A DNA stretch of 64,000 bases from an archaeon (lineage in GTDB: Archaea; Nanobdellota; Nanobdellia; Woesearchaeales; GW2011-AR9), in assembly GCA_002688265.1 (NCBI GenBank), contig NZCK01000007.1, positions 104,739 through 168,738 on the forward strand, in the 5' to 3' direction. The notes beneath the pieces were generated by a model. The model saw nothing but the letters and a program-made list of their open reading frames with translations, did no database searches and was not told the DNA's origin. This document shows, one piece after another, positions 17,726-28,246 of the stretch (position 1 is the first letter of the stretch; each line of letters starts with the position of its first letter). The position numbers and the translations under genes were made by a program.

Positions 17726-18043
17726 ATGGAAAAAGCAAAAACCCAATCATTTACTGTAGCAATTAAATCTTCTCCGAACGGAACAGTTTTGGTGATCACT
17801 GATACTGAACTGATTGGCCAGAAATTTGAAAATGAAAGGTTACAGTTGGACCTTAGTAAAAAATTCTATGAAGGAGAACTTATGTCAAGTGAAGAACTTT
17901 CAACAAAGTTAGATGGCGCCTACGTGTTACATGTGACTGGGAAAAAAGCAGTGGAGTTTGTTTCTGAGTTAGGTCTTATTGATTCAAAGAAAGTTTTAGA
18001 GATTGCAGGAGTTCCTCATGCAGAAGTGTATTTGGGAATGTGA
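17726..18043 (+). CDS. DUF424-like conserved archaeal protein
   Basis: Small protein immediately downstream of aIF-2beta. The pattern VITDTELIGQKFE..LDLS..FYEG resembles the DUF424 family as I recall it. Confidence 0.45.
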   Translation: MEKAKTQSFTVAIKSSPNGTVLVITDTELIGQKFENERLQLDLSKKFYEGELMSSEELSTKLDGAYVLHVTGKKAVEFVSELGLIDSKKVLEIAGVPHAEVYLGM

Positions 18044-18122
18044 GAGAAGTTAAGATTGAATAAATTGTTTTTTATTTGAAAAGGAAAACAGGTCTTGGCT
18101 ATCGAAAAGATAATAAGAATCA

Positions 18123-18506
18123 GTGATTTTTGAGTATTTCATGAGATATTTAACTTTAGGTATGCGATTTCTACGATTATCAGAACATTTGTCATCTAAT
18201 AGAGAACTTAGTCAAGGAGAACTTAATCGTGTACAGCGCGCCCTTGATTACTTGATGTCTATTCAACGTGGGGCAGCTTACTTTGCTACAGGAGAAACAC
18301 CAGATAGTCTCAATGACGTTAGGGCACTTGATGAATTCCAGCAAGTGTGTCCAGAAGTCCCTGATTTAGAAACACATGTACGTATTCTTCACAGAGTATT
18401 GCAAGATAGTTCAGTCCCAGTCGGAGTTCAAAGTACAGAAGATTTCTTCACTAAGCTAAGTAGAAATTATTTCGGTGCAGATGTTTCGGGTTCTTGTTGC
18501 TATTAA
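18123..18506 (+). CDS. hypothetical protein
   Basis: ORF only. The start is uncertain (GTG at 18123 or ATG at 18141). G+C content looks higher than in neighbouring genes. Confidence 0.35.
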   Translation: MIFEYFMRYLTLGMRFLRLSEHLSSNRELSQGELNRVQRALDYLMSIQRGAAYFATGETPDSLNDVRALDEFQQVCPEVPDLETHVRILHRVLQDSSVPVGVQSTEDFFTKLSRNYFGADVSGSCCY

Positions 18507-18522
18507 GCCCACCTTAAAACAC

Positions 18523-19350
18523 TCACTTCAACACAGCTTTCAAACTAGCAATACCTACCTCTAATTGCTTATCAGATGGCTCCTTTGTTGTGATTCTTTG
18601 AAGTAAGAGGCCCGGTAAAATCAGAAGCTTAACTATAATGTTCTTCTCGAACTTGGCGGAAAGCTTGATAAGTTCAAACCCAATAGCCGAAACTACAGGG
18701 AGCAAAACAATTCTGCCAAAAAACTTCATCACAGTCCCACCAGGAATTAACATGAAAACGAGTACAGAAATTATCGCAATAAACATCAAAAAACTAGTTC
18801 CACACCTAGGATGAAACCTGGAATATTTTCTAGTGTTAGCTACTGTTAAATCTTCTTTAGCCTCATAGCAAGCAATAGTCTTATGCTCAGCACCATGATA
18901 CTGAAACAAAGTCTGAACATCTTTTAACATACTAATCAAATAAAGGTAACCTAAGAAAAATACAAAACGAAAAATCCCATCAATAATGTCAAACAAAATT
19001 GTCTCTGTTGATACTATCCATTTGGTCAAAAAGAAAGGTAGAACCACAAACAACCCGATCGCAAGCCCAAAGGAAAGAATCATAGTTAAAGCGGCTTCCT
19101 TGAAAGTGATAGCTTCGTCATCTTCGAGTTGCTGATTACTACTCCAAAGAATTGCTCGAACACCATCATAAATAGTAAACCAGAGCCCCAATGCTCCGCG
19201 AATGATCGGCCAAGAAAAATATTTAGGAAACTGTTTGGATTTCTCGGTTTTGATTTTTAAAGAATCGTCAGGTAACCTAACAGCTACAGCATACTGCTCC
19301 TTGTTACGCATCATAACGCCTTCAATCACTGCTTGTCCGCCAACGTCCAT
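18523..19350 (-). CDS. DUF1385-family membrane protein
   Basis: GGQAVIEGVMMR, YHGAEHK and HPRCGTSF are the hallmark DUF1385 motifs. Confidence 0.75.
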   Translation of the reverse strand: MDVGGQAVIEGVMMRNKEQYAVAVRLPDDSLKIKTEKSKQFPKYFSWPIIRGALGLWFTIYDGVRAILWSSNQQLEDDEAITFKEAALTMILSFGLAIGLFVVLPFFLTKWIVSTETILFDIIDGIFRFVFFLGYLYLISMLKDVQTLFQYHGAEHKTIACYEAKEDLTVANTRKYSRFHPRCGTSFLMFIAIISVLVFMLIPGGTVMKFFGRIVLLPVVSAIGFELIKLSAKFEKNIIVKLLILPGLLLQRITTKEPSDKQLEVGIASLKAVLK

Positions 19351-19416
19351 TGTAAGTCTATTTTATAGCTGCTATATAAAAAGCTTTAGAATTTATTGCA
19401 GTATAATCTTTGATGA

Positions 19417-21879
19417 TCAACTAAATCCCACCAAACCTTTCTGCGTAGCGCCATCTTTGGTTAACAACTCGTCTTCAGATCTGGCCACCACATGTAAAAT
19501 TGCTAAGAGTGCAGGAATTACTTGATGCTTCAAATAATAATCTACATCATAAGGATTATCAACATTGCTTGGTTGTCTTGCTCTGTTACGCACCAAACCA
19601 GAACCCTCTTGCACCACATACTCAACCAACATACCTTTGCTAACAGCAAGGCCAGACTCTTTCATCTGCCTCGCAACTGCCACATGAGGACCAATACTTT
19701 TGTAAGACTCCAAAGGTCTAGTTAACTGAGTTTTAATAATCATTTTCTCCAAAGGCACTTTATGATGCTGGATATCTTTGATTTGCTTTTTGAGATACTT
19801 CATACCATCTTCAATTTTATCAGTTAACACATACTCTAGAAATTTCTTCTGTAGCTCTTTAGCTATCTGACTAGTGTTACGCCTCACAGTCGCAAAGCCA
19901 GTAATTTTAATGTTTTTGTTTTCATCAATTAATGCGTACTTCTTCTTAGCTCCACCACTGTTACCCCTAGTCCCTACAAAGATGGCCCGAGGAAAGAAAC
20001 CCTCAAACTCTAACTCCATGGCTCCAGGTAAATCTTGGTTTACTCTATCCACGAATTCGTGAGCTTGCTCCTGCGTTTTATCTTTTAGCGCAATCATTAC
20101 ACTATCAGTGTCAGAATACACTACATGAAAACCAGCACTTGTTGCTTGCTTTATTACTTGCTTGATGTAGTTTCTCGCAAAAGCAGTGATAGAATCTGCG
20201 CCTTCAAAACTATACCACCTAGCACCATAAAACGCAAAGTAACCATAAAAACTGTTGGCTAAAATTTTAAGAGAGTAAAGTCTAGAATCAATGAAAGAAG
20301 TGTCTTGTTTTTCTTTGACTAATTTTTTTCTTTCTTTTTTTAACTTCACCCTAACATTAACTATATCAGCTAAAACCGTTGCCATCATAGATTTCGGTTC
20401 TTTATTTATGTAATAATTGCGTTCCGGAACTTTCCACGCTTGGTTCATTTTTTTTGGTTTATCTTTAGTCACTGTTTCTGCTCCAATATTGTGTGACACA
20501 ATTACTGTTGGATAAAGTGAAAGGAAATCAAAAACTACCATGTCTTTGTATAGTCCTGGTTTTGGTTCAAACACAAACGCTCCTTGAATATGTTTTTGGC
20601 GTCTCGCTGCAATGGCCTCATTACTTGGTTTATTAGGATTAATGATATTCATCTCTTCTCCTCTCTTTAGTAAGTAGGCCTCGACTAATCTACTAAAACG
20701 CATTCTGATTAAATCGTCAGGTGGAACTTGAACAATACTGCAAAATTCGGAGAGAACAGAAAAAATTTTTTTGGTGATTTCAAAAGTAAGTTTAGTGTCT
20801 TGTAAATTGTAATCTGTGTAATGATGTAAATTTTTGTTGTTGTTCCAATCATCTGCTAATTTGCTTAAATCAACTTTATGTTTTTTTTCTTTAAGAAGTT
20901 CATGCGCAACATTGTCCAAAGAATAACTGTCCAAACGCCAACTAGTGCCAAAAATATAACGAATAAATTTAAAGACATCAATATGTGGAATCCCTATGAT
21001 TCTTGCTCGTTGCCTGTGTCTTGGAAGTTGAATTGAAGTTTTGTTTTTTCCAACTTCAAAAGGCACACCTAATTTCTCTGCACGTTTTTTTATGTAAGGC
21101 AAATCAAAACCGTCGCCAAAATAAGTGGTTAACATGTCTGGATCGAATTGATCAATAATCTCAGCTGTGCGCTCTAACATTTCTTTTTCGCTGGAGAGGT
21201 GTTCAATGTCTAAGTTAGTTGTTTTAAATTTTTTATAGGTAAGAACTTTCTTTAGTATTTTGCCCTTGTCATCTTTTCCATAAAGTGCTATCATTAAAAT
21301 AGGATTCTTGTCCATATCAATTTGCATTACTTCATTATAAGTTTCAATATCGATTGCGAGCATTGTGGGATTGGTGTAACGCTGCTCTGTTTTGTGAATG
21401 AAAGATCCTGCTTCTGCTTGATACAAATGGAGCGTTATTTCTGTTTGGTCTTTAATTTGTTCAGCATCACATTCTAATTCTTGCAAAGGAGTGATTTGAT
21501 TATCAATTAAGAATCTTTGAACAGGATTAATGTCAACTTCAAATACTTCAACTTCCTTATTTTGTAACTCTTTTTCTAATTCTTTGATAGCAGAGTGTGT
21601 TGGAAGTGTAATTTTCAAGAATTCTTCTGTATTAGCAAATAAACGCTTTTTTACTTTCTTAGATTTAAGTTTTTTCTCTTTTAGTAAGTTTAGTAATTGT
21701 TTCTCATCAATCCCTTTTAATCTTAAAAAGCAGTAAGAATTGTGAGGGGCTTTGATGCATAATTTTTTTGTATATTTTGTTTTTTGAGTTTTTATTTCTC
21801 TTCCAAAAATATATACATAACCTTGATTATCTTGTTCAAAGTATTCAAAATCTAGTGGAAAAAAGCTTAATTTGGCCAT
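19417..21879 (-). CDS. polB: DNA polymerase, family B
   Basis: Exonuclease motifs (AIDIETY, FDLPY). Polymerase motifs FDFLSLYPTV, KILANSFYGY and YSDTDS. Confidence 0.93.
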   Translation of the reverse strand: MAKLSFFPLDFEYFEQDNQGYVYIFGREIKTQKTKYTKKLCIKAPHNSYCFLRLKGIDEKQLLNLLKEKKLKSKKVKKRLFANTEEFLKITLPTHSAIKELEKELQNKEVEVFEVDINPVQRFLIDNQITPLQELECDAEQIKDQTEITLHLYQAEAGSFIHKTEQRYTNPTMLAIDIETYNEVMQIDMDKNPILMIALYGKDDKGKILKKVLTYKKFKTTNLDIEHLSSEKEMLERTAEIIDQFDPDMLTTYFGDGFDLPYIKKRAEKLGVPFEVGKNKTSIQLPRHRQRARIIGIPHIDVFKFIRYIFGTSWRLDSYSLDNVAHELLKEKKHKVDLSKLADDWNNNKNLHHYTDYNLQDTKLTFEITKKIFSVLSEFCSIVQVPPDDLIRMRFSRLVEAYLLKRGEEMNIINPNKPSNEAIAARRQKHIQGAFVFEPKPGLYKDMVVFDFLSLYPTVIVSHNIGAETVTKDKPKKMNQAWKVPERNYYINKEPKSMMATVLADIVNVRVKLKKERKKLVKEKQDTSFIDSRLYSLKILANSFYGYFAFYGARWYSFEGADSITAFARNYIKQVIKQATSAGFHVVYSDTDSVMIALKDKTQEQAHEFVDRVNQDLPGAMELEFEGFFPRAIFVGTRGNSGGAKKKYALIDENKNIKITGFATVRRNTSQIAKELQKKFLEYVLTDKIEDGMKYLKKQIKDIQHHKVPLEKMIIKTQLTRPLESYKSIGPHVAVARQMKESGLAVSKGMLVEYVVQEGSGLVRNRARQPSNVDNPYDVDYYLKHQVIPALLAILHVVARSEDELLTKDGATQKGLVGFS

Positions 21880-22099
21880 AAAATGCTATAAGTAGTTATT
21901 GCTATTAAAGTTTGTGGGAATGTGTCCAGTGGGAGTGCGACATACAATTGTTTAAAAAAATTGATTTGTTTTTGAATTTTCTACTAAACATTTAAATAAA
22001 AACAGCTCTTCAGCCAGTTAAGAATTTGTGGTGTATTAAAGTAAATTAATAAATTGTAAGGGAAGATATCAAAAATACCACAATTAAGGAAATTTTATT

Positions 22100-23929
22100 A
22101 TGACAAATGATACACATGAAGGACTAGAATCAATGCTTTTGATAACTAGCGAGTTATTTGATAATTCTCACCTAGGTCATTTGAACCCACCAGATTATTT
22201 GCCGAGCGATGGACATTTAGATGCTATTGTCGATGATAACCTAGCTACAGATCAAGCTATTCTGATATCAGACTTTTATGATGAAATATTAGCAGGAGTT
22301 AATTCAAAAGTAAAACTTGACTCCATAAAAACCAAATATCAAGGAAGTGGTGTTGCAGGATTTGATGATTTTTTAGACAAGATGGGCTATGCTTGGTCTT
22401 GGGAAAAACGAATTGATGTACTGGAAGACTTCCAGAAAACTGTTCTGGATCAATTTAAGGTCGAAGAATCACAAACATTAACGGCATCTGAAGGATATTC
22501 TGATCTCACAGAATTGTTAGATATTTCAAATACTAATGCTTTGAAAAAAATTGAAGATAAAGGTTTTAGTTATATTGTTAATGCAGAAAAAGTCCATAGT
22601 AGATTAACTAAACTAGATAATTTCTACAATGAACAACAAACACAAATTGAAGGAATAAAAAACTCTGAAAAAAGGCTATCAAGTACTTCTGAAAATTTAG
22701 AATCCACCAAAGGTCCGAGAATAGATGTTGATAAGGCACTAGTAGAAACAAATAGAACACTAGATGCAATATTTGCTGAAACACCAGAAACATTTGAAGA
22801 AACAGTTATTCCAGAACCAGTTGAAGATGTTGTCGAACAAGATACTTTTCAAATGAGAGAATATGTTGGTGTTCCAAAGTCTCACTGGGATGTTGCTGAT
22901 GAAGTTTTTAATCTGTTTGAATACTTAGCAAGAGTTGTTAACCCAGTTGAAGAATGCAATGACTATCTTACAAAAAGATCGCGGGAATTAATAGACCTGG
23001 GATGGTCTAAAGAATCTAAACTAGGAGATTGGTACTCAGACGCATTGTCATCTGCAGTTCATTTTGCAAAACAAAGTGGGACCGTAATTAAAGATAGTTT
23101 TGCACCAAGTGGAATACGAAGGGGAGAACCAACATTTTACTCCTCAGAATTAGATTCAATTGAAACTATAACAATGGATTTTCTTGCACCAATTTTGGGT
23201 TTTGAAGAAATACGAGACTCTGAGTTAGAAGAAGAAAAGTCTTCAACGTTAACTTTGGTGCCTGGTCAAGTTGTAAGTGCTAGATTAGAAGAATTGGATA
23301 AATATGGTCCAGAAATTCCCGTTGAAAAAATATTAAAGAGAGGAACACCAAGAGTTAATTTTGGCGTAATTGGAAAAGCAGTTAATGTTGCTGCAGCAAT
23401 TCTCTCTGTAGGTATTATTGGAGCAGTAGTAGCATTTTATTTTAATGAAGTTGGGCCTCGCCTAGATGAAAGAACTATTACTCTTGAAGGCACAGAACTC
23501 TTAATGGGGAACATTAGTAATTCTGTGAATGGACATACTCCTGTTCCACCAGATACAAATCCACTTGGAGTAAGCAGCCAAGATGCAAATTATGATGAAT
23601 CGCCTGCTTACCAATTTATGGCAAGAATTGGTGAAGAAGATTTCTTGTATAATGATCTTGGAGAGATTCCTGTTGGGATGACTCAAAAAGAATTTCAAGC
23701 ACAAGGGTTTCCTGATTATGTAGTGCCACCAACAATATTTGATACTGGAATTGGTCTTGATTCAGCACAAGTTATGGATTTAGGTGAAAGAAGTTATGCT
23801 ACCCTAGCGCCTAGAGATACTGCCCAAATAGTAACAGAGAAAAAAGGTTTAGGTGTAGATGATTTTACTCTAGATTATGCTAAGATGTTAGATGAATTAG
23901 GAGACGGCGTTGTAGATATGCAGATTTGA
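22100..23929 (+). CDS. hypothetical acidic protein with one central TM helix
   Basis: 609-aa ORF with a single hydrophobic segment (AVNVAAAILSVGIIGAVVAFYF). No recognisable domain. Confidence 0.5.
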   Translation: MTNDTHEGLESMLLITSELFDNSHLGHLNPPDYLPSDGHLDAIVDDNLATDQAILISDFYDEILAGVNSKVKLDSIKTKYQGSGVAGFDDFLDKMGYAWSWEKRIDVLEDFQKTVLDQFKVEESQTLTASEGYSDLTELLDISNTNALKKIEDKGFSYIVNAEKVHSRLTKLDNFYNEQQTQIEGIKNSEKRLSSTSENLESTKGPRIDVDKALVETNRTLDAIFAETPETFEETVIPEPVEDVVEQDTFQMREYVGVPKSHWDVADEVFNLFEYLARVVNPVEECNDYLTKRSRELIDLGWSKESKLGDWYSDALSSAVHFAKQSGTVIKDSFAPSGIRRGEPTFYSSELDSIETITMDFLAPILGFEEIRDSELEEEKSSTLTLVPGQVVSARLEELDKYGPEIPVEKILKRGTPRVNFGVIGKAVNVAAAILSVGIIGAVVAFYFNEVGPRLDERTITLEGTELLMGNISNSVNGHTPVPPDTNPLGVSSQDANYDESPAYQFMARIGEEDFLYNDLGEIPVGMTQKEFQAQGFPDYVVPPTIFDTGIGLDSAQVMDLGERSYATLAPRDTAQIVTEKKGLGVDDFTLDYAKMLDELGDGVVDMQI

Positions 23930-24034
23930 TTTTATAATTAGATCTTCTGTTTTTCCGATAAATTTAAAAAGAAATCCGGCAATGATGGACTATAAACAGA
24001 AGTGGGTGGCATTTCTGATTCTCAAGGTGTCTAA

Positions 24035-24664
24035 ATGGAAAAGATGTTAAAAACAGGAACAACAACAGTTGGAATTAAATGTAAAGATGGAATCGTTCTG
24101 GCAGCAGACCGAAGAGCAACAGCTGGAAACTTAATTGTAGATAAAAGAGCACAAAAAGTTCACAAGCTTTCAGATTATTTTGCAGTTACTATCGCAGGAT
24201 CAGTCTCTGAAGCACAACTCTTAATCAAACTAATCAAAGCAGAATTGAAACTAAAAGAAATGCGAACCGGAAAATTTCCAACCGCAAAAGAAGCCGCTAA
24301 CCTCCTTGGAGGACTGTTATACTCAAGCATCCGCAGAATGAGCATGATGCCAGCTGTCGCACACTTCTTGATGGGAGCCCGCGACAAGAATGGAGTGCAC
24401 CTCTATGATCTATTCCCAGATGGTAGTGTAACTGAAGTTCCAGACTATGTTTCCTCAGGATCAGGGTCAGTATTTGCTTATGGAGTATTTGAAAGTCAAT
24501 ACAGTAAAGAAATTACTGTCAAAGAAGGGATTGCACTGGCTACAACAGCAATTAACGCTGCTTTACAACGAGACACTTATTCAGGAAATGGGATTGAAGT
24601 TGCAATAGTAAGACACGAATCTGTTGAAAAAGTAGAAGTTAGAGAATTAAAATACAGTCTTTGA
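24035..24664 (+). CDS. psmB: proteasome subunit beta
   Basis: A short propeptide, then TGTTTVGIKCKDGIVLAADRRAT with the catalytic Thr. Confidence 0.92.
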   Translation: MEKMLKTGTTTVGIKCKDGIVLAADRRATAGNLIVDKRAQKVHKLSDYFAVTIAGSVSEAQLLIKLIKAELKLKEMRTGKFPTAKEAANLLGGLLYSSIRRMSMMPAVAHFLMGARDKNGVHLYDLFPDGSVTEVPDYVSSGSGSVFAYGVFESQYSKEITVKEGIALATTAINAALQRDTYSGNGIEVAIVRHESVEKVEVRELKYSL

Positions 24665-24818
24665 AATTAAAAAAATAAAGATTGATTATAAGAATAAATT
24701 ATGGTAAGGTCATTCTTTTCTGATCTGCCTTTTGTTTCCTTTTGAAATTTAAAAAAAAAAAGGAACAAACAACGCTAGAACAGCACAAACAAAAAATTAA
24801 AACAATAGGTAAAAAACA

Positions 24819-26711
24819 ATGGGAGATATTCTAAAGGAAATTGTAGAAAAATTGCCATCAAAAATTATTTCTGAGGCAACATTTGAAGCAGCAAACATCG
24901 TACTGTACACTAAAGACAAAGAATTTTTCTTGGACAACAAAGGGAAAATTCGAGAACTGGTGAAGGAGTTTAAAAAACGAATTGAACTTCGGCCGGACCC
25001 CTCTATTTGTCTGACACAAGAAGATACTGAAATAGCTTTAAAGAAAATTATTCCAAAAGAAGCAGGATTACAAAACTTGATTTTTGATCCTCCCCGTTCC
25101 ATTGTAACTATTCACGCTGACAAACCAGGCTTAATCATAGGAAAAGCAGGAGATGTTCTCAAAAACATCAAAGAAAAAACAATGTGGGTACCTGAAGTTA
25201 AAAGAATGCCACCTATTCGCAGCAAACTTATCGAAAGCATACGTTCTGTTCTCTATGAAAACGCAGATTATCGAAAAAAATTCTTAGCCAAAACAGGCCA
25301 CAGAGTATATGACGGTTGGCTCCGTACCAAAAAACATGAATGGGTACGCTTGACTTTCTTAGGAGCTGGTAGACAAGTTGGACGAAGTTGCCTGTATCTG
25401 CAGACCCCAGAATCACGAGTAATTCTTGATTGCGGTATTGACCCTGGACAAGATGACGGACCAGAATCATACCCGTTCTTAGATGCACCAGAATTTAACA
25501 TCAGTGAATTAGATGCTGTGATTTTATCTCATTCCCACTTAGATCATAGCGGCTTAGTTCCTTATTTGTTTAAGTATGGTTATCGAGGACCAGTGTATTG
25601 CACTGCGCCAACCAGAGATGTATCTGCTTTGTTACAATTAGATATGATCAAAATTCAACGTAGTGAAGGGAAAGACGGGATCTACACTAGCGAAGATGTG
25701 AAAAATTTTGTTTTACATTGTGTTGTTGTACCATGGGAAACTGTAACTGATATTACACCAGACGTACGATTAACGTTTTACAACTCAGGGCATATTTTAG
25801 GTAGTTCTGTTACACATCTTAACATTGGAAATGGATTACATAACTTAGTTTATACAGCTGATATGAAATATGGAAAAACTAATGTTTTAGCACCAACACA
25901 TTCACAATTTCCAAGAGTTGAGACACTAATTGTAGAAGCGACTTACGGTGGGCGCAGTAATGTGATGGCTGAAAAAGATGCCAACGATATGACTGCCAAG
26001 ATAATTAAAGACACTTTTGATAGAGGTGGAAAAGTATTGATGCCAGTATTAGGTTCTGGTCGAGCTCAAGAAGTGATGGTGATTGTAGAGAAATTAATGA
26101 GTGAAGGAAAAATCCCCGCTGCACCAGTTTACATTGATGGGATGCTCTGGGATATTTCAGCTATTCACACTGCTTACCCAGAATTTCTAAACCGCGAAAT
26201 CCGAGATAGAATTTTTCACAAAGAAAACAATCCTTTCTTATCTGATATTTTTATCCGAATAGGATCCAATAAAGAGAGAAAAGAAGTAATTATGAAAGAT
26301 GAAGCTTGTTTGATTCTAGCTACTTCAGGAATGCTAACTGGAGGACCATCAGTTGAATATTTGAAGGGCCTTGCTGAAGGGAAAAAGAATAGTTTAGTGT
26401 TCTCATGTTACCAACCAAAAGGAAGTTTAGGACACCGAATTCGAGAAGGAGATAAAGAAATTAGTTTCCGTGAAAATAGCAAAATGCAAATTCTAAAAAT
26501 TAACATGGAAGTGCATAAAATTGAGATTACTAATCACAGTGATAGGCGACAATTGATGAACTACATAAAACGTTGTAAACCGCAACCACGTAAAGTAATT
26601 GTACAACATGGCGAAGTTAGTCGATGTTTAGATTTGGCATCTTCAATACATAAGCAATATCGGATTGAAACTACTGTGCCAAAGAATCTAGAAGCTATTA
26701 GGCTTAGGTAG
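24819..26711 (+). CDS. beta-CASP ribonuclease aCPSF1 (KH domains + metallo-beta-lactamase; archaeal termination factor FttA family)
   Basis: N-terminal KH-like region, HSHLDHSG, beta-CASP region, and the archaeal aCPSF1 length of about 630 aa. Confidence 0.9.
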   Translation: MGDILKEIVEKLPSKIISEATFEAANIVLYTKDKEFFLDNKGKIRELVKEFKKRIELRPDPSICLTQEDTEIALKKIIPKEAGLQNLIFDPPRSIVTIHADKPGLIIGKAGDVLKNIKEKTMWVPEVKRMPPIRSKLIESIRSVLYENADYRKKFLAKTGHRVYDGWLRTKKHEWVRLTFLGAGRQVGRSCLYLQTPESRVILDCGIDPGQDDGPESYPFLDAPEFNISELDAVILSHSHLDHSGLVPYLFKYGYRGPVYCTAPTRDVSALLQLDMIKIQRSEGKDGIYTSEDVKNFVLHCVVVPWETVTDITPDVRLTFYNSGHILGSSVTHLNIGNGLHNLVYTADMKYGKTNVLAPTHSQFPRVETLIVEATYGGRSNVMAEKDANDMTAKIIKDTFDRGGKVLMPVLGSGRAQEVMVIVEKLMSEGKIPAAPVYIDGMLWDISAIHTAYPEFLNREIRDRIFHKENNPFLSDIFIRIGSNKERKEVIMKDEACLILATSGMLTGGPSVEYLKGLAEGKKNSLVFSCYQPKGSLGHRIREGDKEISFRENSKMQILKINMEVHKIEITNHSDRRQLMNYIKRCKPQPRKVIVQHGEVSRCLDLASSIHKQYRIETTVPKNLEAIRLR

Positions 26712-26754
26712 AGTTTTTTGTTGTTGTCTTAACTTTCTTTTTATTATTATTTTC

Positions 26755-27789
26755 TTACTCTGTCTTCTTCAAAACCGTTACAGTTCCCTGATTTGTATTT
26801 ACTTCTACTAAATCACCACTCTTCAAAAGCTCTGTTGCAAACTTGGTTCCAACGATACAAGAAACATGCATCTCCCTTGATACAATCGCTGCATGACAAG
26901 TAATCCCTCCTTCATCAGTAACTATTGCAGATGCTTTTTCCATTGCTGGAACAAAATCAGGTGTAGTCATTGGACTAACAAGGATCTCCCCATCAAGTAA
27001 TTCATGGACTTGAGATTTTCTTCGGATGATTCTAACTCTTCCTTGGACGATTTTATTTTTTCCTTGTGAAGCTATTTGTCCTCTAAGAATTCCTTCTTTT
27101 TCTTCCTCATTTGGTTTTTCAATTATGAAATTATATTCTGGATTTCGCTTTGTAAACCCTTCTAAAGAGATTGTTTCTAAGAATTGTGTGGGAATGAAAA
27201 TTGACTCATTAAACCTCTGCTGAAGTGTTTCTCTTTCTGGCATCTCCTCCAAATCTTTTGTTTCAACTACTAGTTCGAAACCTTTAGCAGAAGGATGAAT
27301 ACTTGCAATTGATTGTTTGATTACTTTTTCGCAGACGTCGTATAGTTCATCATGTTCTCGCCAAGCTAAGGCCTTGTCACGAATTTCCTTTGGTGTGCGC
27401 TCATCACAAGCTGTGTAATAAAGAATTACGAATAATCTTGAAGCTTCTTTAAAATGTTTAATCATCTCTTTAAGTTCAATTAAGTTAAGTGTTCCTTTCT
27501 GCTCGAATGGATGAAGTTTTTTGTGAATTTCTTGATATTCATTTAGGCAGTTATTGAAAAATTCTGGCCCTTCTTTGTTTAGCTTCAGAAGAGAATTTTT
27601 AACCCATGCAAAAGCTGCGTCTTGTTCCCAAATTTCGTTGGCACCATCAACAATATGATAAATTAATGTTGGAGAATGGGGATTGATTAATCCAGTGGTC
27701 TTTTCTAAACCAGTATCGAATGCTGCACTCCAAACTTCTTGAACAATGAAGCCATTGTCTCTAGTCATAGTTTTTTGGTAAGTTTTCAT
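26755..27789 (-). CDS. PEP-utilizer mobile (swivelling phosphohistidine) domain protein with an unknown N-terminal domain
   Basis: The C-terminus [42 protein letters not shown] is the PEP-utilizer swivel domain. I recognise no ATP-grasp or PEP/pyruvate-binding domain. Paralogue of 59116..60609. Confidence 0.7.
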   Translation of the reverse strand: [344 protein letters not shown]

Positions 27790-27837
27790 TGTATCTTTGA
27801 TAGAGAGCAGTTTTTAATAAATTAATTGCTCCTTAAT

Positions 27838-28191
27838 CTACAACAACTTCAACTTAGCTGTCAGAAAATCAATTTTGTGTTCGTCATCTGGACCAATACC
27901 TACACAAGTCTTAGTGCCTGGTTCCACTACAGTGTGGCCAGCATCAGTGATTAAAGAAGCTGTGATACCATCATCTTTGGCTTTTTGAAAATAAGAAAGA
28001 AGTTGTTTTTCGTTGTCTACTTTCAAAACAATTTTGGCCATACCTTGGCTACGCCATTCTCTTACTATCGCTGCGTCTGATCTTAAAGTTGCTTCAACAG
28101 AGGCGTGAGCTGCCTGAGCCGCTAGTTTCCCTCGAGGGAGCTTTAAATCATTTCTTACCAAAATTACTTGTTTTAGAGTGTAGTTTGACAT
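27838..28191 (-). CDS. pth2: peptidyl-tRNA hydrolase, archaeal type (Pth2)
   Basis: LVRNDLKLPRGKLAAQAAHASV, then GHTVVEPGTKTCVGIGP. Confidence 0.9.
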   Translation of the reverse strand: MSNYTLKQVILVRNDLKLPRGKLAAQAAHASVEATLRSDAAIVREWRSQGMAKIVLKVDNEKQLLSYFQKAKDDGITASLITDAGHTVVEPGTKTCVGIGPDDEHKIDFLTAKLKLL

Positions 28192-28246
28192 GTAATATTG
28201 GTTAAGGAGAATTTGTTAATAAAGGTTTGGGGAAAATTTAAAATTT